A stretch of 64,000 nucleotides of DNA from Candidatus Kapaibacterium sp. (GTDB lineage: Bacteria > Bacteroidota > Ignavibacteria > Kapaibacteriales > UBA2268): NCBI GenBank assembly GCA_963664875.1, contig OY761611.1, positions 2,400,001 to 2,464,000 of the forward strand, given 5' to 3'. The notes under the pieces were generated by a model. That model was not told where the DNA came from, did not search any database, and saw only the letters and a list, made by a program, of their open reading frames with translations. A program made the translations under genes and the position numbers. Shown one piece after another: positions 29,296 through 40,082 of the stretch (position 1 is its first letter; the number at the start of each line of letters is the position of its first letter).

Positions 29296-30686
29296 TGTCT
29301 ATGAATGAAGATTATAAAGGCTATCGCGGTGCCGGATTAGAGTTATTGATGAAATACGATGCTCTGATTTGGAGTGATGTCAGATTAAAAACTTCCGACG
29401 AAAGAACTCATATCGGTCTTATCTTGCCAAGAGCTGAGCAGGCTGACGAGTTCCATATTGTTTTGAAACTTCGTACCGGCTATAATATCGGTATCCATGT
29501 TGATAATATACTCAACATCGAAGTAGTTGGCAGAAAAGTAGCTAATTACAAAATTCCTGAGCAGGAATTCCCGTATTCACCTAAAAAGCCAAGAGTCAAA
29601 CTTTTTGGTACCGGCGGTACGATTGCCAGCCGTCTTGATTACAGAACCGGTGCCGTTATCCCTGCATTCTCTCCGGGAGAACTTTACGGTTCTGTGCCTG
29701 AGCTTGCAGATTACTGTAACTTGGAAACCGAAAAACTTTATGGCGTATTCTCTGAAAATATGGGACCTGACCAGTGGATAGGCACTGCTCAGGCTATTGC
29801 AAAAGAAATTGAGCAAGGTGTAAAAGGTATTGTTATCGGTCATGGTACTGACACAATGCACCATACAGCAGCAGCTCTTACATTTATGCTCCAAAACACA
29901 CCTGTTCCGATAGTAATGGTAGGCTCTCAGCGTTCATCTGACAGACCTTCTTCAGATGCGGCTCTTAACCTGATTCACAGTGTAAAAACTGCTGCGGAAT
30001 CTGATATAGCAGAAGTAATGGTTTGTATGTTTGGGCCTACTTCAGATGAATACGGTTTGCTTCATAGAGGTACCAGAGTTAGAAAAATGCACTCTTCCTA
30101 CCGCTCTACTTTCAGAACCATCGGAGATATTCCGCTTGCGATGGTTAACAAAGAGGCTATCAGCCCATTGAGAGAGGATTATTCAAGAAGAAGAAGAGAT
30201 AAAGAATTCAAACTTATTCCTACTTTTGAAAACAAAGTTACTATTGTTTATTACTATCCGAATATGCAGCCGGACATCATCGATGCTTTGATTGATAACG
30301 GCTACAAAGGCATAGTAATAGCAGGCACCGGTCTTGGACACGTTAATAAACCGCTTTACCCGGCGCTAAAACGTGCTCAGGAAAAAGGAGTTCAGGTTTA
30401 CATGACGGTACAGACTCTTTGGGGCTATGTGCAGATGTATGTTTACGAAACAGGCAGGGAGATGATGGAGCTGGGAGTAATTCCTTTAGCAAATATGCTT
30501 CCTGAAGTTGCGTATATCAAACTTGGCTGGGCTTTAGGTCAAACTCAGGATGCAGAAGAAGTCAAAAAACTAATGCTTACTCCTGTCAATGGAGAGATTA
30601 CAGAAAGAGAGCCATCGAATGGCTATCTCGTATATCAGGGTGGCATTCCTGAAGTGGAAGAGTTTATAGCGAAGTTTAGGAAATAA
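29295..30686 (+). CDS. gatD: Glu-tRNA(Gln) amidotransferase subunit GatD (archaeal type)
   Basis: N-terminal GatD domain (IVLKLRTGYNIGI) plus asparaginase-like core TGGTIASRLDYRTGAV, HGTDTM, GSQRSSDRPSSDA, RGTRVRKMHSS; TAATG overlap with gatE. Confidence 0.93.
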   Translation: MSMNEDYKGYRGAGLELLMKYDALIWSDVRLKTSDERTHIGLILPRAEQADEFHIVLKLRTGYNIGIHVDNILNIEVVGRKVANYKIPEQEFPYSPKKPRVKLFGTGGTIASRLDYRTGAVIPAFSPGELYGSVPELADYCNLETEKLYGVFSENMGPDQWIGTAQAIAKEIEQGVKGIVIGHGTDTMHHTAAALTFMLQNTPVPIVMVGSQRSSDRPSSDAALNLIHSVKTAAESDIAEVMVCMFGPTSDEYGLLHRGTRVRKMHSSYRSTFRTIGDIPLAMVNKEAISPLREDYSRRRRDKEFKLIPTFENKVTIVYYYPNMQPDIIDALIDNGYKGIVIAGTGLGHVNKPLYPALKRAQEKGVQVYMTVQTLWGYVQMYVYETGREMMELGVIPLANMLPEVAYIKLGWALGQTQDAEEVKKLMLTPVNGEITEREPSNGYLVYQGGIPEVEEFIAKFRK

Positions 30687-30692
30687 TTTATA

Positions 30693-30731
30693 TTTCTCAA
30701 CCGTGGGGTTTACTTCCCCATGGTTGAGAAA
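30693..30731 (+). terminator. Hairpin after gatD
   Basis: tttctcaaccgtgggg...ccccatggttgagaaa. Confidence 0.7.
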
Positions 30732-30906
30732 TTGTTAGGCATTGTTTTCTTTAGATTATTCGAACATCTCACAGCAACATCTCTTACCCTGTTGTCTTGA
30801 CTACTGCTCTTATGTCTATCCGAAATCTTTTTTTATATTTAAAAACCTTCAAAGCAAAAAAAAAAAGTAAATGCGCTTAGTTACATAGAACCAAAAATAC
30901 ATTTAC

Positions 30907-32381
30907 CCCAAAAATGTCATTAGCGATAATCTCTAATGACTGTCATTAGAAAAAAGAAGATATAACATGTTGATAAATAGTGTTTTAGCAGATATTAAAA
31001 AAAGTCTATATTAGGAAAACAGATGTAAGAAAATCTTACGAAAAATATGGATGTAAAAATTGCTTTTACCGACAAAGAAATTACACCTTGGGCAGGTATT
31101 TCTTTGATGCAAAATATGCTAAAAAAAATGTCTTTTGATCAAATATTAAAAGATTTGGCGTTACCATCACAGGGTTCGAATAGAGGTTACAAACCAGAAC
31201 AACTAATACAACACTTTTTACTGGGTATTTGGTGCGGTGCAAGTTGCTTCGAACATTTAGAAGTAACAAGACATGACAAAGTCATCCAAAATTTGTTTGG
31301 ATGGTCAAAAATGGCTGGAAGCAAAGCATTCCACAGATATTTTAATAAGTTTTCTCAGGCAACAAATCAACAGGTTTTTGATGAGCTTTACACTTGGTTC
31401 TTCAATAATTTTCAGTTTGACAACTACACAATTGACTTTGATTCTACGGTGATAACTCGCTATGGAAATCAGCAGGGTGCTGCAAAAGGTTATAACCCTC
31501 GTAAACCGGGAAGAAATTCACATCACCCTTTGCTTGCATTTGTCTCAGATTGCCGAATGATAGCCAATTGCTGGCTTCGGCCCGGCAATACCGGTGCATC
31601 AAGCAATTTTCTGAGTTTTTTGGAAGATACACTTTATAAGCTTGGTAATAAAAAAGCAGGTTTAATCCGTGCCGACAGCGGATTTTACTCAGACGAAATA
31701 ATGAAATATCTCGAAAGTACCAAACATAATTATATAATAGCAGCAAAGTTTTACAGACCTTTGAAAGTAAAAATTGCCAAACATACAAAATGGTGGCCTA
31801 TAAGTAAAGGTTTAGAAATAGGCGAAACAAGCTACCAATCAGACAACTGGGATGAACCCCGCCGAGTTATAATGATAAGACAGTATGTTCCACAACGTCC
31901 TAAAGCAGTCGGAAAACAATTGAGCTTTTTCGAAGGAGACATGCAATACAAAGATTATCGCTACTCTTGTTTTGTAACAAATTTGGATTTGCCTGCACAA
32001 ATAATATATGATATGTATCGTGGGAGAGCCGATTGCGAAAATAGAATCAAGGAGATAAAGTATGATTTTGGAGCAGAAAATTTCAATATGCGCAATTTTT
32101 GGGGTACAGAAGCAGCACTAAATTTTGTTATGATTGCCTATAATCTGATGAGTCTGTTTAGGCAAGCAGTTTTAAAAACTAAAAAGCAAAATTTTCTAAG
32201 CACACTCAGATATAAGACTTTTGCAATAGGCGGATATTTAATTAAAGATGGAAATTCTAAAATTTTGAAGTTATCTTTAGCAATGCAAAGGAGGCAATGG
32301 TTTAAGGGACTTTGGAGTTCGTCAACCTATATAAAATTGCCTCATGTGCTTTAATATGATATTTCTAATGACAAATCTGGG
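30907..32381 (+). mobile_element. Complete IS1380-family insertion sequence (1475 bp)
   Basis: IRL CCCAAAAATGTCATTAG; IRR reverse complement CCCAGATTTGTCATTAG; 5-bp target duplication TTTAC at 30902-30906 and 32382-32386. Confidence 0.9.
31047..32354 (+). CDS. IS1380-family DDE transposase
   Basis: IDFDST, KGYNPRKPG, LRPGN, RADSGF, YRGRADCENRIKE. Confidence 0.95.
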   Translation: MDVKIAFTDKEITPWAGISLMQNMLKKMSFDQILKDLALPSQGSNRGYKPEQLIQHFLLGIWCGASCFEHLEVTRHDKVIQNLFGWSKMAGSKAFHRYFNKFSQATNQQVFDELYTWFFNNFQFDNYTIDFDSTVITRYGNQQGAAKGYNPRKPGRNSHHPLLAFVSDCRMIANCWLRPGNTGASSNFLSFLEDTLYKLGNKKAGLIRADSGFYSDEIMKYLESTKHNYIIAAKFYRPLKVKIAKHTKWWPISKGLEIGETSYQSDNWDEPRRVIMIRQYVPQRPKAVGKQLSFFEGDMQYKDYRYSCFVTNLDLPAQIIYDMYRGRADCENRIKEIKYDFGAENFNMRNFWGTEAALNFVMIAYNLMSLFRQAVLKTKKQNFLSTLRYKTFAIGGYLIKDGNSKILKLSLAMQRRQWFKGLWSSSTYIKLPHVL

Positions 32382-32415
32382 TTTACTCAATAAGAAATAT
32401 TGTTTAGTTGGGCTG

Positions 32416-33420
32416 CTATTCAGTAGCCGCATTCCATGCTGAGATAATTTCCTGTGCTATCTGCACTGCATTTGTGGCAGCACCTTTGCGTACGTTGTCT
32501 GCCACTACCCAAAGATTTATAGCATTGAGTGCTGAGTAGTCTCTTCTGATTCTGCCAACGAAGATTTCGTCTTTGCCGTTTACGCTCTGAGGTGTAGGAT
32601 AAATTTCATGTTCCAAGTCATCTACCACTTCGATGCCATCGCCGCCGGCGAGAAGTTGTTTTATTTCTGCAATATCGATTGGATTATCAAATTCTATATT
32701 GACTGACTCTGCGTGTCCTCCGAGAATAGGTAGTCGGACACAAGTGAATGAAACAGGCAATGATTCCAAATGCAGAATTTTCCTTGTTTCATTAACCATT
32801 TTTAGCTCTTCTTCGGTGTAATCTTTATTGGCATCTGAAATAGCATGGAACATAGTGTTGAATGCTATTTGATGTTTTGTGTCATATTTATTGCCTTCGA
32901 GCTCTCCCAAAAGCTTGTCAACTCCTGCTTGCCCTGCACCTGAAATAGATTGGTAAGTAGAGCAAACTACTCTTTTTAAGGTATATTTTTTGTGAAGCAA
33001 ATTGAGTACAGGCATTAACTGTATAGTAGAGCAGTTAGGATTTGCTATAATTCCTTTATGCAGCCAAATATCTTCAGGATTGACCTCCGGCACTACTAAG
33101 GGAACATTGTCATCCATCCGCCAGGCGCTGCTGTTGTCTATGACAATGCAACCTGCCTTAGCCGCAATGGGAGCATATTTGCGTGAAGTGCTGCCTCCGG
33201 CAGAAAAAAGAGCAATATCTACATCTTCGAATGAGTTCTCATCTAACTCCAATACAGTATATTGCTGATTGAAACATTCAATATTTTGTCCTGCAGATCT
33301 TGCAGATGCCAGCAATTTCAAATCTGTGAATGGGAAATTGCGTTCCTCAAGTACTTTCAGCATAGTCCTGCCAACAAGTCCGGTAGCTCCAACCACCGCT
33401 AAGTTAAGTTTATTTTGCAT
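32416..33420 (-). CDS. asd: Aspartate-semialdehyde dehydrogenase
   Basis: VVGATGLVG, DNSSAWR, IIANPNCST, SISGAG, DNVRKGAATN. Confidence 0.97.
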   Translation of the reverse strand: MQNKLNLAVVGATGLVGRTMLKVLEERNFPFTDLKLLASARSAGQNIECFNQQYTVLELDENSFEDVDIALFSAGGSTSRKYAPIAAKAGCIVIDNSSAWRMDDNVPLVVPEVNPEDIWLHKGIIANPNCSTIQLMPVLNLLHKKYTLKRVVCSTYQSISGAGQAGVDKLLGELEGNKYDTKHQIAFNTMFHAISDANKDYTEEELKMVNETRKILHLESLPVSFTCVRLPILGGHAESVNIEFDNPIDIAEIKQLLAGGDGIEVVDDLEHEIYPTPQSVNGKDEIFVGRIRRDYSALNAINLWVVADNVRKGAATNAVQIAQEIISAWNAATE

Positions 33421-33439
33421 ATAGATTTCAATAATGTAT

Positions 33440-33494
33440 AAAAAAGGACTGCCCCATCTCAGATCTATTATCTAATTACGATTGGGGCAGTCCT
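33440..33494 (-). terminator. Terminator after the eno 3' duplicate
   Basis: aaaaaaggactgcccca...tggggcagtcct. Confidence 0.7.
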
Positions 33495-33518
33495 AAAATA
33501 CAAATTAGAATCTAAATA

Positions 33519-33786
<268 letters not shown>

Positions 33787-33860
33787 ATAATATAGATTCT
33801 TAAAATATTAGCAATATAGCCCGAGGTAGAAATCTCGGATTTTTTTGTTGTGTCATTTAA

Positions 33861-33911
33861 CCCACCCCGAAATTCTTTCAGAATTTCGACCCTCGCTTGA
33901 CATGGAGGGTG
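33861..33911. repeat. Double-palindrome MITE/REP-like element
   Basis: cgaaattct-ttc-agaatttcg followed by accctc...gagggt. Confidence 0.45.
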
Positions 33912-34183
33912 AAAGACTTACATTACAAGACTTTAAAACAAAAATAGAGCAAATCTTACTATCAGCTCTATTCAAAAACTTTTGTTTTTATCAACTTATC
34001 TTCTGGATTGTAAGATTTCTATAATTCCATTAGTATTAACTCTATAATAATACATAACATAAATAATATATTGGTATTATCATGATTTTGTATTATTATT
34101 GCAGTCAATTATTTGCTATAGTATAGCATTCTAATTTTAGACGCTAAAAAGCTGTCTGATATATTTCTTCATATAGATTATTC

Positions 34184-34837
34184 ATGGGAAAACAAATGAA
34201 ACTTAATAACTTAATCTTTACATCCTTTATTATCTTCTTTTTGTCATTGACAACTTCCTCCGCTCAAAAAACTGAATCTGTTGAAAAGGATTGGTCTATT
34301 GAAGTAGGCGGAACAAAAGCTTACTATGATCTACCCTCAAATTGGCCCAGTGAAGGGTTTGGTGCTTATGTAAAGTTTGAACAAATTTATGACAAGCATT
34401 TCAGCTTTTTTCTTTCTGCTAGTTACTTAAAAAGCAGTGCAGATAACTACGTTGTGAAAGACCACTAAGGAATGGAAATGGCTTCGTTAGATTTAAATTT
34501 TTCATACACTACACTTACTGCCGGTGAAAAGTGGTATATTTTATCTAGCGATATTGAAAATGATTTTTCCCCTTATTTTGGTGCAAATGTCTTGATAAGT
34601 TTATCAAATCACGTAAGCTCACATTCATTTTCATATTATGGATATATTGTTTCAGTAAAAAGTATCGTGTGTAGTTTTGCACCAAGTGCCGGAGTTAATA
34701 TCCCTATTTATGACAAGTTTGGACTTAACGCAGATGCTAAATATGTTTTTGCATTATTTGACATCGAATGGGATGATACAGAGAGATTTTTAGTGAATTA
34801 CTATACTTTCAATCTTGGTATTGTGTATCATTTGTAG
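34184..34837 (+). pseudogene. Outer-membrane beta-barrel protein (OmpA/OmpW-like) split by an in-frame TAA
   Basis: ORFs 34184..34468 and 34472..34837 share one frame (KDH*GMEM); signal peptide at the start, FSPYFG and terminal FNLGIVYHL. Confidence 0.75.
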
Positions 34838-34934
34838 TGTCAATCACGCTGAACTTGATTCAGTATTTCTATTAGCCATTTTATAAATTTGTAGATGTAA
34901 AACAAGATTATAACTAAATCACAGCAAAATATAC

Positions 34935-34968
34935 AAAAAAAGAGCAAATCTTGCGATCTGCTCTTTTT
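34935..34968 (-). terminator. eno terminator, with a similar copy at 33940-33972
   Basis: aaaaaaagagcaaatc..gatctgctcttttt versus aaaaatagagcaaatc..atcagctctatt. Confidence 0.75.
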
Positions 34969-34994
34969 ATATATTCTATATCACAGAAATCAAC

Positions 34995-36606
<1,612 letters not shown>

Positions 36607-36754
36607 ACTGACTCCTGTAAGTGTTGATTGAATTTTAAAACCGCCTAATATGCAATATTACAAATATAATGTAAAGTGTGCGGCAAATAAATGTTTATTT
36701 TTTACAAATTTCGAGGTAGGCAAAGGAAAATAATCCTTATGGAGCTATACACGG

Positions 36755-36779
36755 ACAGCCGTAAGTATTTATTTTAAAA
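36755..36779 (+). repeat. 25-bp motif marking the start of the tandem T9SS-gene duplication unit
   Basis: acagccgtaagtatttattttaaaa, identical at 39855-39879 and degenerate near 42946. Confidence 0.8.
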
Positions 36780-36971
36780 GTAATTAATGAATTCCCAAGA
36801 CATATTCAGCTGTTTCTATCTATTAAACATTGCATTCTGCGAAAATATAGAAGCCCTTTAATTTTGTCTTCCTACAAAAGAGGAATAAAAAAATAAAAAT
36901 AAATGTAACTAAAATCACATATGCTGTGTCTATATAATAGATGTATTAACAATATATAAGAAGAGTTTACT

Positions 36972-39740
36972 ATGAAACGATTATTACTTCTCATTATCAC
37001 AGCCATTTTAACTTATTCTTTAAATGCCGGAGAGCTGCGGCCGTGTATTAGTCACTATTCTAGCTATTTAATGGAAGATTTAGACATGATTGCCGGAGAA
37101 GGTGAGCAGTTATATGTAGCCGGAACTGCAGGTATCTTTTACTTAGATAAAATAGACGGGAATTGGCGAAACATTATTCTATTCAAGGAAAATAAATACA
37201 ATTTTAAATTCTTTAGAAGTACTGATTATACGATATACTTTACAAATAACAATACATTATTTCGGATAGATAAATCTACAAAAAGTATAGAAGCCGTCTT
37301 CTCAACAGTTACTCCAATAAAAAGAATGTTTTTCGAAGAAGACAGAATTATATTGATGGAAGAAAGACTTTTTAGTTTAGTTGATTTATCTTTCAATCTG
37401 CTCCAAACAATTGATTTGAAAGAATTTTTGCAAAACAAAGGTACATTTTATCAAGGGAATCCTTTCCTGTCATATTCAAAAACAGAAGGATTTCTAATCA
37501 GCCATCAAATATTTTTGGATATGGAAGACTATTATTTTGTACATAAAAGCGATGATAATGGCAAAACATGGGGTACCCACCCATTCTACAAAGAAACAGG
37601 TAAAGCTTTTAGCTTTGCTACCAATCTTAGCGAGAATATTATGATGTATTCTTTGGTTGGTGGAACTGACACAGTTTGGTATGACGATAAAAATAACAAA
37701 GAAATTAATACTGTAGATATTAAGCTTAGCAATACTGGTGGCTCAAAGACAGCTATTAAATTTTCTGAAGCAGGCAACTTTTTAGCTTGTTTAGACAATA
37801 ACTATTCGAGTGATGTACATTTTAGTTCTGACAGAGGACAAAGTTGGGAGACGCTAGCTATTGAGGCAAATGATATAACTATATCTCAATCCGGAATCTT
37901 ATATACTCATTACTTTGTAGGTCCAATACAAGCCTATAACAGTAGTAGTAAAACTTGGGGAAGTGTGTCTAATCCTCCATTGACTCGCACAGAGTTTGCA
38001 TCTAACTGTAATACAGTATTTGAAGTAAATGATAAACTATGGACTTCATTGTCATACAATAAAGATGAACAAATTTTAAAATCAGAAGATAAAGGACAAA
38101 GCTGGGTGTATTATACTGTGCCTTCTGAATACGGAATACTAAATAGCTTTTTTATCGATAATGATGAAAATATATATTTAACAAGCTCTTTAGGCATAAT
38201 AAAAGCTGATATATATAATAATTTCGTAGTGCTCGATTCAAATGTTGATAGAGATATTGTTGGTCAGTCCTATATCATTGATAAAGTAATGGACTATTTA
38301 GTTTTAGGTAACAAGGTTGCAGATAAAAACCATAGAATTTATAAATACAATTTAAATAGTAATACCTTAGAAGATGTTGGAATAAACTATGCGACTATAA
38401 ATCAATACCAGGATAAATATCTCATTTCAAATCCGGATAATTTAGGGCAATTACAAGTCTATAATAGTAATTTTGTTTTAGAAAAAACTTATCAGACAGA
38501 GACAGAAGCTGAAATCATCAAGTCTGTTATGGATTCAAAACAAGAGATTTATGCCAGTACTTATTCAGGGTTATTCAAAGCTTCAAAATCATCGACTGAA
38601 TTAAAAGCTTTTGGTGGAATAAGTGACTATGTAGTTTCCATGTTTTTAAGCGAAAAAGATAGTCTTTATGTTTTGACGTACAATGGCAAAGATCTTTATA
38701 CTTTGAATAATAGCAGAGACAATGTGGTTTCCTGCTATTCTAATTATGATTGGTATTTTGGTTTACTAAAATATGTAGGCAAAAACCAGTTTGTTCTTAC
38801 TCATAGTCATGCTCCTATGGGTGCTATAATGAAATGTGGCTATTTATCAAATCAAGAGACTTTAGATTTAAATTTAGAGGCTTCAAATTTTTCACATTAT
38901 GTTATGAAAGATTCCGGAGCTGACTTGAATATATCAAGCAATTCAGATAATTATATTGTTCATCTTAAACAAAGGTACGGCGTACTGGATACTACTTTTG
39001 TGAGTACTGAACATAACTGTAAATACCATATAAATTCTTACGAACCAAATCAATGTTTAACTTTTGAAGTTTCTCTTACAAAAGATGGATATGAACCTTC
39101 AACTACTAAGTATATCAACTTCTATTATCACGACAAGTACTCAAATGCAAATATTGTTACTACTTTTCAGAATAAATATAATCAGTTTTATCAAGGACAA
39201 ACTGCGAATATAAATTTTGCAATACTAGATGCAAGTAATAACAGATTGGCGGGTACTATATACATGAGTAATAACATAAGCAATAATCCAAAAGAACAAG
39301 TTGTCACTCAAGGTCAGGAAGCTGAGTATCAATTCGACATTCCGGAAGACACAAAAGAAGGTATTTATCGAATTTATTACAGTGGTAATTCAAGCTCTTT
39401 TGGTGATATTGAAGAAAGATATACTTTTTTCGTGGTAAATAATCTAAAATGGGAAAGCATTTCTGAACCGAACTCAATCATCAAAAACGCAAAAGTTTTC
39501 CCTAATCCTACTGCAAACTCTGCGACAGTTGACTTTGAAATGGAAGAAGCAGGCGACTTAACTTGCGAGATATATGACCTATCCGGCAAGCGAATAATGT
39601 CTATTCCTACTGAGGGTTATTATGCTGCTGGACAGGCTAATTTGTCATTTGATGTTTCTATGCTTCAAAGCGGCCAGTATATGATATTCCTAACAGCAAA
39701 GGACAAAGTTACTGCAAGCAAGCTGATAATAGAGAGATAG
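36972..39740 (+). CDS. T9SS type-A CTD secreted beta-propeller (BNR/Asp-box) protein, paralogue 1
   Basis: Signal peptide; SDDNGKTW, SSDRGQSW and SEDKGQSW Asp-boxes; CTD VFPNP...IYDLSGK...LQSGQYMI...KLIIER. Confidence 0.85.
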   Translation: MKRLLLLIITAILTYSLNAGELRPCISHYSSYLMEDLDMIAGEGEQLYVAGTAGIFYLDKIDGNWRNIILFKENKYNFKFFRSTDYTIYFTNNNTLFRIDKSTKSIEAVFSTVTPIKRMFFEEDRIILMEERLFSLVDLSFNLLQTIDLKEFLQNKGTFYQGNPFLSYSKTEGFLISHQIFLDMEDYYFVHKSDDNGKTWGTHPFYKETGKAFSFATNLSENIMMYSLVGGTDTVWYDDKNNKEINTVDIKLSNTGGSKTAIKFSEAGNFLACLDNNYSSDVHFSSDRGQSWETLAIEANDITISQSGILYTHYFVGPIQAYNSSSKTWGSVSNPPLTRTEFASNCNTVFEVNDKLWTSLSYNKDEQILKSEDKGQSWVYYTVPSEYGILNSFFIDNDENIYLTSSLGIIKADIYNNFVVLDSNVDRDIVGQSYIIDKVMDYLVLGNKVADKNHRIYKYNLNSNTLEDVGINYATINQYQDKYLISNPDNLGQLQVYNSNFVLEKTYQTETEAEIIKSVMDSKQEIYASTYSGLFKASKSSTELKAFGGISDYVVSMFLSEKDSLYVLTYNGKDLYTLNNSRDNVVSCYSNYDWYFGLLKYVGKNQFVLTHSHAPMGAIMKCGYLSNQETLDLNLEASNFSHYVMKDSGADLNISSNSDNYIVHLKQRYGVLDTTFVSTEHNCKYHINSYEPNQCLTFEVSLTKDGYEPSTTKYINFYYHDKYSNANIVTTFQNKYNQFYQGQTANINFAILDASNNRLAGTIYMSNNISNNPKEQVVTQGQEAEYQFDIPEDTKEGIYRIYYSGNSSSFGDIEERYTFFVVNNLKWESISEPNSIIKNAKVFPNPTANSATVDFEMEEAGDLTCEIYDLSGKRIMSIPTEGYYAAGQANLSFDVSMLQSGQYMIFLTAKDKVTASKLIIER

Positions 39741-39833
39741 GAAATTCAGAAAAGCTGATAAAAAACTTTTCCAAAATGAATATATATCCCCTATAAGTTA
39801 AATAAAAACTTTAGGGGGTATTAGTTTTCTTGT
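39741..39833 (+). repeat. Duplicated 3' flank with terminator hairpin (copy at 42846-42938)
   Basis: Near-identical 93 bp following paralogues 1 and 2. Confidence 0.9.
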
Positions 39834-40082
39834 TCAGAATAAATCGTTATCCTAACAGCCGTAAGTATTTATTTTAAAATCGGATTGTCACTTCCTAAGT
39901 ACAGAAAATTAGATTTTTACTCTGACTCTGCCTAATAAACCTTGCATTTTGCGAAACTACAGAATCATTCTAATTTTGTTTACTATTAAAAAATATCAAA
40001 TAAATATTATATATTGTAACTAACATAACATACAATATGTCTATGTTCAATTGACATTAATATTAAATAAGCCGAGTTGACT

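Noticed and set aside
34466-34468. Stop-codon reassignment or selenocysteine
   Set aside because: The codon is TAA, which terminates most genes in this window.
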